Of a DNA stretch of 64,000 nt, positions 29,247-39,780 are shown one piece after another. Positions within the stretch are counted from its first letter, which is position 1; each line of letters opens with the position of its first letter. This DNA comes from Escherichia coli. Lineage in GTDB: Bacteria > Pseudomonadota > Gammaproteobacteria > Enterobacterales > Enterobacteriaceae. Below the pieces are notes generated by a model, which searched no databases, was not told the DNA's origin, and was given only the letters and a program-made list of their open reading frames with translations. The stretch lies in the NCBI RefSeq assembly GCF_001677475.2, contig NZ_CP015229.1. One strand, 5' to 3'. A program made the translations under genes and the position numbers.

Positions 29247-30350
29247 TTATTCGTACTCTTGCAGGAAACGCTGACCGTACTGGTCGGCTACCAGCAGTGC
29301 GGCGTAAACCTGATCTGGCGTCGCGCCGCCAGGCATGTTGTGAATGGTTTCACCTTCTGCACATGCCGCTTCTGCCACAATTCGCATTTTCGCCGGGACA
29401 TCTTCTTTAATATCCAGTTGAGCGAGAGTTATTGGCAAACCTACCGCATGGCTAAGTGCAGCTACGGTTTCGATTTCCTCAACCGGCGCGTTTTCCAGTA
29501 CCAGCTGCGTCAGCGTACCAAATGCCACTTTTTCACCGTGGTAATAGTGATGCGCGTCCGGGATAGCGGTCAGGCCGTTATGCACCGCGTGAGCCGCCGC
29601 CAGCCCGCCGCTTTCAAAACCAACGCCGCTCAAATAGGTGTTCGCTTCAATCACGCGCTCCAGCGCCGGAGTCACTACATGCTGTTCGGCGGCAAGCATC
29701 GCTTTTTCGCCTTCTTCCAGTAGGGTGTTGTAGCACAGTTCAGCCAGTGCCAGCGCCGCTTGGGTGCACTTGCCGCCCGCCATGGTGGTCGCGCCGCTAC
29801 GAGAGCAGGCACGCGCTTCAAACCAGGTTGCCAGCGCATCGCCGATACCCGCCGCTAACAGACGTGCAGGTGCGCCAGCGACGATTTTGGTGTCGACAAT
29901 GACCATATTCGGGTTATTTGGCAGCATCAGATAGCGGTCAAATTCACCATCATCGGTGTAGATAACAGACAATGCGCTGCACGGTGCGTCGGTAGAGGCG
30001 ATAGTCGGTGCGATCGCTACCGGAACACCCATGAAATGTGCCAGTGCTTTGGCAGTATCGAGAGTTTTTCCGCCACCGATACCGAGAATTGCGCCACACT
30101 GCGCAGTCTCCGCGATGCCACGCAGACGGTCGATCTCATTTTGCGAACATTCACCGCCAAACGGCGCAATTTCTACTACCAGTCCAGCATCTTTAAAGCT
30201 TTTCTCGACAGTGGATTGAGCAAAACCTAAAACAAATTTGTCACCCACCACTAACCAGCGTTCTGCCAGCGGCTTCAGGTATTCGCCCAGACGATTAATC
30301 ACATCAGCGCCCTGGATGTATTTACCCGGTGATTGAATAATGCGGTCCAT
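29247..30350 (-). CDS. gldA: Glycerol dehydrogenase (367 aa)
   Basis: [24 protein letters not shown]...; iron-type alcohol dehydrogenase family; canonical start at codon 14 of ORF-track frame. Confidence 0.93.
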   Translation of the reverse strand: MDRIIQSPGKYIQGADVINRLGEYLKPLAERWLVVGDKFVLGFAQSTVEKSFKDAGLVVEIAPFGGECSQNEIDRLRGIAETAQCGAILGIGGGKTLDTAKALAHFMGVPVAIAPTIASTDAPCSALSVIYTDDGEFDRYLMLPNNPNMVIVDTKIVAGAPARLLAAGIGDALATWFEARACSRSGATTMAGGKCTQAALALAELCYNTLLEEGEKAMLAAEQHVVTPALERVIEANTYLSGVGFESGGLAAAHAVHNGLTAIPDAHHYYHGEKVAFGTLTQLVLENAPVEEIETVAALSHAVGLPITLAQLDIKEDVPAKMRIVAEAACAEGETIHNMPGGATPDQVYAALLVADQYGQRFLQEYE

Positions 30351-30360
30351 AATTGCTCCT

Positions 30361-31023
30361 TTAGAGATGAGTAGTGCCAAATGCGGCATTCCAGTCGTGT
30401 TCGAACTTCTCTATAGCTGACTCTACCGCAGGGGTGTTGAGCATTTGTTGCGCTACATCTAAGGGCAGGGTGATGGATTCACATCCTGCCAGTAAACAGT
30501 CCAGCGCCTGACGCGGCGTTTTAAAGCTGGCCGCCAGCACCATGCTTTCTGGTGCGTGCATTTCCAACAGCGCTTGCAGCTCATGAACCGTACGAATGCC
30601 GTCTCCGCCCTGGGCGTCTACGCGGTTAACATACGGAGCAACGTATTTTGCCCCTGCCAGTGCGGCTAATAACCCTTGTGCGGCGCTATATACAGCGGTG
30701 CCAAGTGTAGTAATACCCTCTTTTTTCAGCATCTTAATGGCGGCCAGACCTTCGGAAGTCACCGGGATTTTCACCACAATACCCGGAATGGCGTCGCGCA
30801 GGCGCTTCGCTTCTTCCACCATCCCCTGCGCGTCGCGGCTCATGGTCTGAGCAAACAGAATGCCCTCATCACCAATCGCTTTTTGCAGACGCGGCAGCAC
30901 TTCCCAGATGGACTCCTTGCTGGCAGCGATAATGCTCGGGTTAGTTGTCACCCCGGCAATGGGGAATATGCGTGCCAGACGTTCGACTTCTGCGACGTTA
31001 GCGGTGTCCAGATACAGTTCCAT
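30361..31023 (-). CDS. fsaB: Fructose-6-phosphate aldolase 2 (220 aa)
   Basis: [32 protein letters not shown]; transaldolase-like fold. Confidence 0.93.
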   Translation of the reverse strand: MELYLDTANVAEVERLARIFPIAGVTTNPSIIAASKESIWEVLPRLQKAIGDEGILFAQTMSRDAQGMVEEAKRLRDAIPGIVVKIPVTSEGLAAIKMLKKEGITTLGTAVYSAAQGLLAALAGAKYVAPYVNRVDAQGGDGIRTVHELQALLEMHAPESMVLAASFKTPRQALDCLLAGCESITLPLDVAQQMLNTPAVESAIEKFEHDWNAAFGTTHL

Positions 31024-31034
31024 GATGTTTCCTT

Positions 31035-33536
31035 TTACAGTTCCAGTTCATGTTGCAGCAGGCTGGCGATAGCGTCGGCAGAGGCGGCGTTAACCAGCGC
31101 GTTACGGAATTCTTCGTGCATAATGCGACGAGCGAGGCGCGAGAAAATGCGCATATGCTGATCGCCCGCAGCGTGTTTGTTCAGGGTTAACATGATGATG
31201 AATTGCGCTTCATCATCGCCCCAGCGCACCGGCGCTTGCAGACGCGCCACGCTGATGGTGGATTGCTCAATATGTTCTGATTTGCTGTGTGGAATGGCAA
31301 AACTAAAGCCCAGACCGGTAGAGAAAACGGCCTCGCGCGCCCACAAGTCGGCTTCCAGTTTACGCGGATAGCGGCAGCGCCCTGCCAGCAGCAGGTTATC
31401 GGTCATGCCTTTGAGCACTTCTTCTTTGCTGCGCCAGTCGCTTTCCAGCGTGATGCACTCGGCGGTGACCAGTGGTGCGTCCTGTTGGGTCATGCGGAAT
31501 TGCGCCAGCAGATGTTCCACTTCCAGCGAAGTACGGCAGGCCATTGCCTGGTTGAGCAACTGGCGGCACTCACGGCTATCAAGTTGCGCCATTCGCGCTT
31601 TCGCCGCCGGAATTGACGGTGCGCTCATGCTGAGTTCATCCAGCCCTAAACCGACCAGTAACGGCAGCACGGAACCTTTCGCTCCCAGTTCACCGCACAG
31701 ACCAATCCATTTCCCCTGGCGATGCACCGCCTGCACGGCGTAATCGAGCGCCCGCAAGAAGGCCGGATTCAGGCTGTTGTAGTGACGAGTAACCTTAGCG
31801 TTATCGCGATCCACTGCCAGCAGATATTGCGTCAGGTCATTACTACCAATACTAAAGAAATCAATCTCTTCGCAGCATTGATCGATGATGAACATCACCG
31901 ACGGCACTTCCAGCATAATGCCGAGCTGGATCTTCTCATCAAACGGAATGTGTTCGTTACGTAGTTGCTGTTTGGCTTCTGCCAGTTTTTCTTTCACCCA
32001 TAAGATCTCTTCCATTGAGGAGATCATCGGGATCATGATTTTCAGGCTGCCGTGAGCGGAGGCGCGCAGGATCGAGCGTAGTTGTGTGGTAAATAACGAC
32101 GCGTATTCTTCATAAATACGCACCGCGCGATAACCGAGGAACGGGTTAGCTTCTGCCGGAATGTTCAGATAATCAACGGGTTTGTCACCGCCAATGTCCA
32201 TAGTGCGCACAATAATGCTGCGTCCGTTGGCGGACTCCAGCGCCTGACAAAAAATGTTGTACAGCTCGCTTTCGCCCGGTGCGCTGGTGCGATCCATATA
32301 GAGCATTTCAGTGCGGAACAAACCAACGCCTTCCGCACCATTGCCGAATGCGGCCTGCGCTTCCACGGAGTGAGCGATGTTAGCGGCAATTTCAATGCGG
32401 ATACCGTCAGCGGTACGGGCTTGTTGGGTCAGCCAGACACGCTGTTGCTCACGCAGGGCGTCCTGTACGCGGGCTTCCTGCTGATAATAACGAGCTACGG
32501 CTTCCCCTGGCTCAACCACAATCGCCCCAGCGTTGCCGTCGATATAAATCGTTTGATGCTGCCACGGAGTGAGGGCATCAATATCCACACCAACCAGCGT
32601 CGGAATGTTGAACGAACGGGCAAGGATCACCGTATGTGAGGTGGTGCCGCCGCTTTTGAGCAACAATCCTTTGAGGTGATTTTTATCCAATTCGAGGAAC
32701 TGGCTGGGGGTCAGTTCATCAGCCATACAAATGGCGGGCTGCGTCAGTTTGCCCGGTGCCGGGAAGCGTTGCTCACCGTAGATTTGCTGGAGTAACTGGA
32801 AGCAGACGTCGCGTACGTCCAGGGCGCGTTCTTGCAGGTAGCTGCTGCTGGAACGGGCGAACTCTTCGCAGAAGTGGTGTGCACTGGCGACAATCGCTTC
32901 GGCACAGCTTAATCCCTCGCTGACGCCTGCCAGTAAGTGCTGACGTAAAGAAGTATCGCCAGCCAGGGATCGGTGAGCTTCCAGTATCGCGCTGGTAGCA
33001 CCGTCGCTATCCAGCAGACGAAATTCAATGTTTTTCATCACCAGTGTCAGGCCGTTTTCCAGCGCGGATTGCTCGGCGTCAACGTCTTTGGCTGCGGGAA
33101 GATTACCCAGCGCATTGAGATCTAAAGAAGAGATCGGCGTCAGAATGCCGCCTGCGCTACCGCTGCACACGGTGCGGGCGCGGATAATTTGCGGATTCAG
33201 ATTGGTCAGTGAAACCGGCAGTGGTTCCAGTTCGTCAGATTTTACTTCCGCCAGCGGTGCGTCGCAGTGGGGGAATTCATCGCGCAGCCATTGGCTTAAA
33301 CGCTGGTGCGCTTCCTGTTCGTCGGCCCCGGAAATCAGTAACTGGCAGTTATCGCCCACCAGCGTATCGGTGCCAATCAGCGCAAGGGCGCTTTTGGCGT
33401 TGCCCTTGCGGTCAGTGCGCAGGTTATGCCACTCAATTTGTGATGAAAAAGTATTACACAGCGTTTCAACGTGGCTTGCCGGACGCGCATGTACGCCGTT
33501 AGGTAGCTCACAAATAAATTCCACAATCAGGGCCAT
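31035..33536 (-). CDS. ptsA: Multidomain PTS protein (HPr-like / Enzyme I-like / EIIA-Fru-like), 833 aa
   Basis: ORF 833 aa; N-terminal HPr-like GVHARPAS, central PEP-utilising enzyme region, C-terminal EIIA-like region. Confidence 0.9.
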   Translation of the reverse strand: MALIVEFICELPNGVHARPASHVETLCNTFSSQIEWHNLRTDRKGNAKSALALIGTDTLVGDNCQLLISGADEQEAHQRLSQWLRDEFPHCDAPLAEVKSDELEPLPVSLTNLNPQIIRARTVCSGSAGGILTPISSLDLNALGNLPAAKDVDAEQSALENGLTLVMKNIEFRLLDSDGATSAILEAHRSLAGDTSLRQHLLAGVSEGLSCAEAIVASAHHFCEEFARSSSSYLQERALDVRDVCFQLLQQIYGEQRFPAPGKLTQPAICMADELTPSQFLELDKNHLKGLLLKSGGTTSHTVILARSFNIPTLVGVDIDALTPWQHQTIYIDGNAGAIVVEPGEAVARYYQQEARVQDALREQQRVWLTQQARTADGIRIEIAANIAHSVEAQAAFGNGAEGVGLFRTEMLYMDRTSAPGESELYNIFCQALESANGRSIIVRTMDIGGDKPVDYLNIPAEANPFLGYRAVRIYEEYASLFTTQLRSILRASAHGSLKIMIPMISSMEEILWVKEKLAEAKQQLRNEHIPFDEKIQLGIMLEVPSVMFIIDQCCEEIDFFSIGSNDLTQYLLAVDRDNAKVTRHYNSLNPAFLRALDYAVQAVHRQGKWIGLCGELGAKGSVLPLLVGLGLDELSMSAPSIPAAKARMAQLDSRECRQLLNQAMACRTSLEVEHLLAQFRMTQQDAPLVTAECITLESDWRSKEEVLKGMTDNLLLAGRCRYPRKLEADLWAREAVFSTGLGFSFAIPHSKSEHIEQSTISVARLQAPVRWGDDEAQFIIMLTLNKHAAGDQHMRIFSRLARRIMHEEFRNALVNAASADAIASLLQHELEL

Positions 33537-33844
33537 TGCCTCTCTCCCGGTACGGTTTTCTGTTTACAGGATAAGAGCGCATGGCAACGACCTGCCATGT
33601 GACAAATCTGCCAAAAGCTGGACAAATGTAATGTAACCGCCAATTTGCGACGCGTCTCACAAGACGCCGTTTTGCGGCATGCTTCCGGATTATCGCAAGT
33701 TATGAGGCGGATCGCATTTTTGTACTGATATTACAAAAGTCCAGTAAATGGCCTTTTTATCCACTGTTTGCTCCGCCTGCGATTGCCTATTGTTTCCTCC
33801 ATCAAAAATATGGACATGGGCTTTCGCAAGCCCGGGAGCAGCTT

Positions 33845-34924
33845 ATGAATGAGTTGGTGCAGATCCTGAAAAATACCCGTCAGCATTTAATGACGGGCGT
33901 TTCACACATGATTCCCTTCGTGGTATCGGGCGGTATTTTGCTGGCGGTTTCCGTCATGTTGTATGGCAAAGGCGCAGTGCCGGATGCCGTAGCCGATCCG
34001 AATCTGAAAAAACTGTTTGATATCGGCGTTGCGGGTTTGACGCTGATGGTGCCTTTCCTCGCCGCTTACATTGGTTACTCCATTGCAGAGCGTTCTGCGC
34101 TGGCTCCGTGCGCTATCGGTGCCTGGGTCGGCAACAGCTTTGGTGCGGGTTTCTTTGGTGCGCTGATCGCCGGGATTATCGGCGGCATCGTGGTGCATTA
34201 TCTGAAGAAAATTCCGGTGCATAAAGTTCTGCGCTCGGTGATGCCCATCTTCATCATTCCTATCGTCGGCACACTGATTACCGCAGGCATCATGATGTGG
34301 GGCTTGGGCGAGCCTGTAGGGGCGTTGACCAACAGCCTGACTCAGTGGCTACAGGGGATGCAGCAGGGCAGCATTGTTATGCTGGCGGTGATCATGGGGC
34401 TGATGCTGGCGTTCGATATGGGCGGTCCGGTTAACAAAGTGGCCTATGCCTTCATGCTGATTTGCGTTGCTCAGGGTGTTTATACCGTGGTGGCTATTGC
34501 CGCTGTTGGGATTTGTGTTCCACCGCTGGGCATGGGGCTGGCGACGCTGATTGGTCGTAGAAATTTCTCCGCAGAAGAGCGCGAAACCGGTAAAGCAGCG
34601 CTAGTGATGGGGTGCGTTGGGGTTACTGAAGGGGCGATTCCTTTCGCCGCTGCCGATCCGCTGCGTGTTATTCCTTCCATCATGGTCGGTTCAGTTTGTG
34701 GTGCAGTAACTGCGGCGCTGGTCGGTGCGCAGTGCTATGCAGGCTGGGGTGGTCTGATTGTGCTGCCGGTGGTTGAAGGTAAGTTGGGTTATATCGCGGC
34801 AGTGGCTGTCGGGGCGGTTGTGACGGCAGTCTGCGTGAACGTGCTGAAAAGTCTGGCGCGTAAAAATGGGTCTTCGACTGATGAAAAAGAAGACGACCTG
34901 GATTTGGATTTTGAAATTAATTAA
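33845..34924 (+). CDS. frwC: PTS fructose-like EIIC permease (359 aa)
   Basis: ORF 359 aa polytopic membrane protein; K-12 synteny. Confidence 0.9.
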   Translation: MNELVQILKNTRQHLMTGVSHMIPFVVSGGILLAVSVMLYGKGAVPDAVADPNLKKLFDIGVAGLTLMVPFLAAYIGYSIAERSALAPCAIGAWVGNSFGAGFFGALIAGIIGGIVVHYLKKIPVHKVLRSVMPIFIIPIVGTLITAGIMMWGLGEPVGALTNSLTQWLQGMQQGSIVMLAVIMGLMLAFDMGGPVNKVAYAFMLICVAQGVYTVVAIAAVGICVPPLGMGLATLIGRRNFSAEERETGKAALVMGCVGVTEGAIPFAAADPLRVIPSIMVGSVCGAVTAALVGAQCYAGWGGLIVLPVVEGKLGYIAAVAVGAVVTAVCVNVLKSLARKNGSSTDEKEDDLDLDFEIN

Positions 34925-34938
34925 TTGAGGAACGAGCC

Positions 34939-35259
34939 ATGACGAAAATTATTGCAGTAACCGCGTGTCCATCTGGTGTTGCCCATACCTATATGGCGGC
35001 AGAGGCGCTGGAAAGTGCCGCGAAAGCGAAAGGCTGGGAAGTGAAAGTAGAAACCCAGGGCTCGATTGGTCTGGAAAATGAACTGACTGCGGAAGACGTG
35101 GCGAGCGCCGATATGGTGATTCTGACCAAAGATATCGGCATCAAGTTTGAAGAGCGTTTTGCTGGCAAGACCATCGTGCGCGTCAACATCAGCGACGCGG
35201 TAAAACGCGCTGATGCCATTATGAGCAAAATTGAAGCTCACCTGGCACAAACCGCTTAA
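34939..35259 (+). CDS. frwB: PTS fructose-like EIIB component (106 aa)
   Basis: MTKIIAVTACPSGVAHTYMAAEAL; active-site Cys motif of EIIB-Fru type. Confidence 0.9.
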   Translation: MTKIIAVTACPSGVAHTYMAAEALESAAKAKGWEVKVETQGSIGLENELTAEDVASADMVILTKDIGIKFEERFAGKTIVRVNISDAVKRADAIMSKIEAHLAQTA

Positions 35260-35267
35260 GTTCTTAT

Positions 35268-35292
35268 CCCGCCCGTAAGGGCGGGTTCGCTT
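35268..35292 (+). terminator. Possible hairpin/attenuator between frwB and pflD
   Basis: cccgcccgtaagggcggg hairpin followed by a T-containing tract; weak U-run. Confidence 0.35.
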
Positions 35293-35309
35293 TCCCACAG
35301 GAGTTCCTC

Positions 35310-37607
35310 ATGACGAATCGTATCTCTCGCCTCAAAACTGCACTGTTTGCCAATACCCGTGAAATCTCGCTGGAGCGGGCGCTGCTTTATACCGCCAGCC
35401 ATAAGCAAACCGAAGGCGAACCGGTGATTATTCGTCGGGCAAAAGCCACGGCGTATATCCTTGAACATGTTGAAATTTCGATTCGTGATGAAGAACTGAT
35501 TGCTGGTAACCGCACCGTAAAACCTCGCGCCGGGATTATGTCGCCGGAAATGGATCCTTACTGGTTGCTGAAAGAGCTGGAGCAATTCCCGACGCGACCG
35601 CAGGATCGCTTTGCTATCAGTGAAGAAGATAAACGTATCTACCGCGAAGAGTTGTTCCCGTACTGGGAAAAACGTTCGATGAAAGATTTCATCAACGGGC
35701 AGATGACGGATGAAGTAAAAGCCGCAACCAGCACGCAGATTTTCAGCATCAACCAGACGGATAAAGGCCAGGGGCACATTATTATTGATTACCCACGCCT
35801 GTTGAATCACGGGCTGGGGGAGCTGGTGGCACAGATGCAGCAACATTGTCAGCAACAGCCGGAGAATCACTTTTATCAGGCCGCGCTGTTACTGCTGGAA
35901 GCTTCACAAAAACACATTTTGCGTTACGCCGAACTGGCAGAAACGATGGCGGCAAACTGCACCGATGCCCAGCGTCGCGACGAATTGCTGACTATTGCGG
36001 AGATCTCCCGCCATAACGCGCAACATAAGCCGCAGACGTTCTGGCAGGCGTGCCAGTTATTCTGGTACATGAACATCATTCTGCAATACGAATCCAACGC
36101 CAGTTCGCTGTCGTTAGGGCGCTTCGACCAGTATATGTTGCCGTTCTATCAGACATCATTAACCCAGGGCGAAGACCCGGCGTTCCTGAAAGAACTGCTC
36201 GAATCTTTATGGGTGAAGTGCAACGACATCGTGCTGTTACGCTCCACCAGCAGCGCGCGCTATTTCGCAGGTTTCCCGACCGGCTATACCGCGCTGCTCG
36301 GCGGTTTAACGGAAAACGGACGTAGTGCGGTGAACGTGCTTTCGTTCCTCTGCCTCGACGCCTATCAAAGCGTGCAATTACCGCAACCGAACCTGGGCGT
36401 GCGCACTAACGCCTTGATCGACACGCCGTTCCTGATGAAAACCGCAGAAACCATTCGCCTCGGCACCGGTATTCCGCAAATCTTTAACGATGAAGTGGTG
36501 GTGCCAGCGTTCCTCAACCGTGGCGTTTCGCTGGAAGATGCGCGCGACTATTCAGTAGTGGGCTGTGTGGAATTATCTATTCCCGGCAGAACCTACGGCT
36601 TGCATGACATCGCGATGTTTAACCTGCTGAAAGTGATGGAAATCTGCCTGCATGAAAATGAAGGCAATGCTGCGCTGACTTATGAAGGTTTACTGGAGCA
36701 GATCCGCGCCAAGATCAGCCACTACATCACCCTGATGGTTGAGGGCAGCAATATTTGCGATATCGGTCACCGTGACTGGGCACCTGTACCGCTGCTCTCA
36801 TCGTTTATCAGCGATTGTCTGGAAAAAGGCCGCGATATTACCGATGGCGGTGCGCGTTATAACTTCTCCGGCGTACAGGGGATCGGTATCGCCAACCTGA
36901 GCGATTCTCTCCATGCGTTGAAAGGTATGGTTTTTGAGCAACAGCGTTTAAGTTTTGACGAATTGCTGTCGGTATTAAAAGCCAACTTTGCAACGCCAGA
37001 AGGCGAAAAAGTCCGCGCTCGCTTAATTAACCGCTTTGAGAAATACGGTAACGATATCGACGAGGTGGATAACATTAGCGCCGAACTGTTGCGCCACTAC
37101 TGCAAAGAAGTGGAAAAATACCAGAACCCGCGCGGCGGCTACTTCACGCCGGGATCGTATACCGTTTCTGCTCACGTCCCGTTGGGATCGGTGGTTGGCG
37201 CGACGCCAGACGGTCGTTTTGCCGGGGAACAACTGGCAGACGGCGGCTTGTCACCTATGCTGGGTCAGGACGCACAAGGGCCAACGGCGGTACTGAAGTC
37301 AGTCAGTAAGCTCGATAATACGCTGCTGTCTAACGGTACGTTGCTGAACGTGAAATTCACTCCGGCGACCCTGGAAGGTGAAGCGGGATTACGCAAACTG
37401 GCCGACTTCTTACGGGCGTTTACCCAGCTTAAGTTGCAGCATATTCAGTTTAACGTGGTGAACGCCGACACGTTGCGGGAAGCGCAACAGCGCCCACAAG
37501 ATTATGCCGGGCTGGTGGTGCGCGTTGCCGGATACAGCGCCTTCTTTGTCGAATTGTCGAAGGAGATCCAGGATGACATCATCCGCCGGACAGCGCATCA
37601 GCTGTAA
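35310..37607 (+). CDS. pflD: Glycyl-radical enzyme, pyruvate formate-lyase paralogue (765 aa)
   Basis: ORF 765 aa; C-terminal glycyl radical motif VRVAGYSAFF. Confidence 0.93.
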   Translation: MTNRISRLKTALFANTREISLERALLYTASHKQTEGEPVIIRRAKATAYILEHVEISIRDEELIAGNRTVKPRAGIMSPEMDPYWLLKELEQFPTRPQDRFAISEEDKRIYREELFPYWEKRSMKDFINGQMTDEVKAATSTQIFSINQTDKGQGHIIIDYPRLLNHGLGELVAQMQQHCQQQPENHFYQAALLLLEASQKHILRYAELAETMAANCTDAQRRDELLTIAEISRHNAQHKPQTFWQACQLFWYMNIILQYESNASSLSLGRFDQYMLPFYQTSLTQGEDPAFLKELLESLWVKCNDIVLLRSTSSARYFAGFPTGYTALLGGLTENGRSAVNVLSFLCLDAYQSVQLPQPNLGVRTNALIDTPFLMKTAETIRLGTGIPQIFNDEVVVPAFLNRGVSLEDARDYSVVGCVELSIPGRTYGLHDIAMFNLLKVMEICLHENEGNAALTYEGLLEQIRAKISHYITLMVEGSNICDIGHRDWAPVPLLSSFISDCLEKGRDITDGGARYNFSGVQGIGIANLSDSLHALKGMVFEQQRLSFDELLSVLKANFATPEGEKVRARLINRFEKYGNDIDEVDNISAELLRHYCKEVEKYQNPRGGYFTPGSYTVSAHVPLGSVVGATPDGRFAGEQLADGGLSPMLGQDAQGPTAVLKSVSKLDNTLLSNGTLLNVKFTPATLEGEAGLRKLADFLRAFTQLKLQHIQFNVVNADTLREAQQRPQDYAGLVVRVAGYSAFFVELSKEIQDDIIRRTAHQL

Positions 37608-38451
37608 CGTTGTGGAAACGCGCCGCAATGATGTGGCGCGCATTTTCAACATTCAGCGTTATTCACTGAATGACGGCGAGGGCATTCGTACGGTGGTCTT
37701 TTTTAAAGGCTGTCCGCATCTTTGCCCATGGTGTGCTAATCCGGAGTCGATCTCCGGCAAAATCCAGACGGTACGCAGAGAGGCGAAATGTCTGCACTGT
37801 GCGAAATGTTTGCGTGATGCGGATGAATGCCCGTCCGGGGCGTTTGAACGGATTGGTCGCGATATCAGCCTTGACGCGCTGGAGCGGGAAGTGATGAAAG
37901 ATGACATTTTCTTTCGCACGTCCGGCGGCGGCGTCACGCTTTCTGGCGGCGAAGTGTTAATGCAGGCGGAGTTTGCGACCCGTTTTTTACAGCGACTTCG
38001 GCTGTGGGGGGTGTCATGCGCCATTGAAACTGCCGGAGACGCGCCAACCAGCAAGTTGTTACCGCTGGCGAAATTGTGCGATGAAGTGTTGTTCGATTTA
38101 AAAATTATGGACGTAACTCAGGCGCGGGATGTGGTGAAGATGAACCTGCCACGCGTGCTGGAGAATTTGCGTTTGCTGGTGAGTGAGGGTGTCAACGTGA
38201 TCCCGCGTTTACCGCTGATCCCTGGTTTCACGCTCAGCCGGGAGAATATGCAGCAGGCGCTGGACGTGCTGATCCCGCTGAATATCAGGCAGATCCATCT
38301 GTTACCGTTTCATCAGTACGGCGAACCAAAATACCGCCTGCTGGGGAAAACATGGTCGATGAAAGAGGTTGCTGCGCCGTCGTCAGCCGATGTGGCAACG
38401 ATGCGCGAAATGGCAGAACGGGCCGGATTTCAGGTTACCGTGGGAGGTTAA
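37573..38451 (+). CDS. pflC: Glycyl-radical enzyme activating protein, radical SAM (292 aa)
   Basis: CPHLCPWCANPE radical-SAM Cys cluster; start ATG 37573 overlaps pflD 3' end by 35 nt. Confidence 0.9.
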   Translation: MTSSAGQRISCNVVETRRNDVARIFNIQRYSLNDGEGIRTVVFFKGCPHLCPWCANPESISGKIQTVRREAKCLHCAKCLRDADECPSGAFERIGRDISLDALEREVMKDDIFFRTSGGGVTLSGGEVLMQAEFATRFLQRLRLWGVSCAIETAGDAPTSKLLPLAKLCDEVLFDLKIMDVTQARDVVKMNLPRVLENLRLLVSEGVNVIPRLPLIPGFTLSRENMQQALDVLIPLNIRQIHLLPFHQYGEPKYRLLGKTWSMKEVAAPSSADVATMREMAERAGFQVTVGG

Positions 38452-38452
38452 A

Positions 38453-38794
38453 ATGGCATATCTGGTGGCAGTAACCGCCTGCGTAAGCGGCGTGGCGCAT
38501 ACTTATATGGCGGCGGAACGGCTGGAAAAGTTGTGCCAGTTAGAGAAGTGGGGCGTCAGCATTGAAACTCAGGGCGCGCTGGGAACGGAGAATCGTTTAG
38601 CGGACGAGGATATCCGCCGGGCGGATGTTGCGCTGCTGATTACGGATATCGAGCTTGCCGGTGCCGAGCGATTTGAACATTGCCGCTACGTGCAATGCAG
38701 CATCTACGCTTTCCTGCGTGAGCCGCAGCGGGTGATGAGCGCGGTACGCAAAGTGCTTTCTGCGCCGCAGCAAACCCATCTTATTCTGGAGTAG
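38453..38794 (+). CDS. frwD: PTS fructose-like EIIB component 2 (113 aa)
   Basis: MAYLVAVTACVSGVAHTYMAAERL; ATG 38453 two nt after pflC stop. Confidence 0.88.
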   Translation: MAYLVAVTACVSGVAHTYMAAERLEKLCQLEKWGVSIETQGALGTENRLADEDIRRADVALLITDIELAGAERFEHCRYVQCSIYAFLREPQRVMSAVRKVLSAPQQTHLILE

Positions 38795-39632
38795 TCGGTT
38801 TTTCTGTCAGTTGGCTGTGGTACTGCCGACGATATTCCGACGGTGAGCGTTCGGTATTTTTACGAAACAGACGGCAGAAGTAGTTGCTGTCGACAAAGCC
38901 GCAGGCGTGCGCCACTTCTTTTACCTTCAGGTCATAGCCTTTCAATAACGTCTTAGCGTGCTCCAGTCGCGTGTGATTCAGGTATTCGTTAAAACCAATG
39001 GCCCCCGTTTTTTGAAACAGGTGCGAGAGGTAATTTGGCGAAATATAGAATGCCTGTGCGACAGATTCGCGGGTAAGCGCGGAGGCATAGCGTTCGTCGA
39101 TATAATCACGAATAGCTTCGAACAGTGCCTGGCTGCGTGAGGCGGTCTGGATTTGGCTGCCAAGCAAATCGCGGCAGTGGCTAAGCAGGCTGGCGACGAT
39201 AAGCCTTGCCGTTTGCTGCTCTTGCGACTGCATTTGCATTTCATTGAGCGTTTGTAGCAGAAAAGAACCAATGCGCGGGCCGCGTCGGGCGACGTGTTGC
39301 TTCGCCAGATTTTGATATTGTTTGCCATCCCATTGCACGACGCTGAAGCCGAGTTGCTGTTTGCCAAACAGCACGCTAAAGGTAGTGGCGGGGGCTTGCC
39401 ATTGTGGAAAATTCCAGCCACCAGCGGGAACGTACAGCACATCGCCGGGAACTAACGTTGCTCCAGCGCCGGTATCAACAAACTCACCTTCCAGCACAAT
39501 TTCCAGCCGTGGAAAATCGACCTGATACGCGAGATCGGGGACCGGACCGTTGCTGCTGGCAAAGTAAATCTGGCGCAGGGACAGCGGGCCGTTGATCAGG
39601 CGGGAGAGCAGATAGCTGACGTCGTGATACAT
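38781..39632 (-). CDS. yijO: AraC/XylS-family transcriptional regulator (283 aa)
   Basis: ORF 283 aa with C-terminal AraC-type HTH; K-12 synteny. Confidence 0.85.
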   Translation of the reverse strand: MYHDVSYLLSRLINGPLSLRQIYFASSNGPVPDLAYQVDFPRLEIVLEGEFVDTGAGATLVPGDVLYVPAGGWNFPQWQAPATTFSVLFGKQQLGFSVVQWDGKQYQNLAKQHVARRGPRIGSFLLQTLNEMQMQSQEQQTARLIVASLLSHCRDLLGSQIQTASRSQALFEAIRDYIDERYASALTRESVAQAFYISPNYLSHLFQKTGAIGFNEYLNHTRLEHAKTLLKGYDLKVKEVAHACGFVDSNYFCRLFRKNTERSPSEYRRQYHSQLTEKPTTPE

Positions 39633-39780
39633 GTTATTCCCTTAGGTATGTAGACGGGAAAACAGTAACTGGCATTATTAAAAAAGGCCACCTGAAAAGT
39701 GTGGCCTGAGGGGAGTTCGATGTAAACATTGCGACAGTATCGCATCCGGCAAATAGCGCCAGACGCGATACAAAGGTCAT

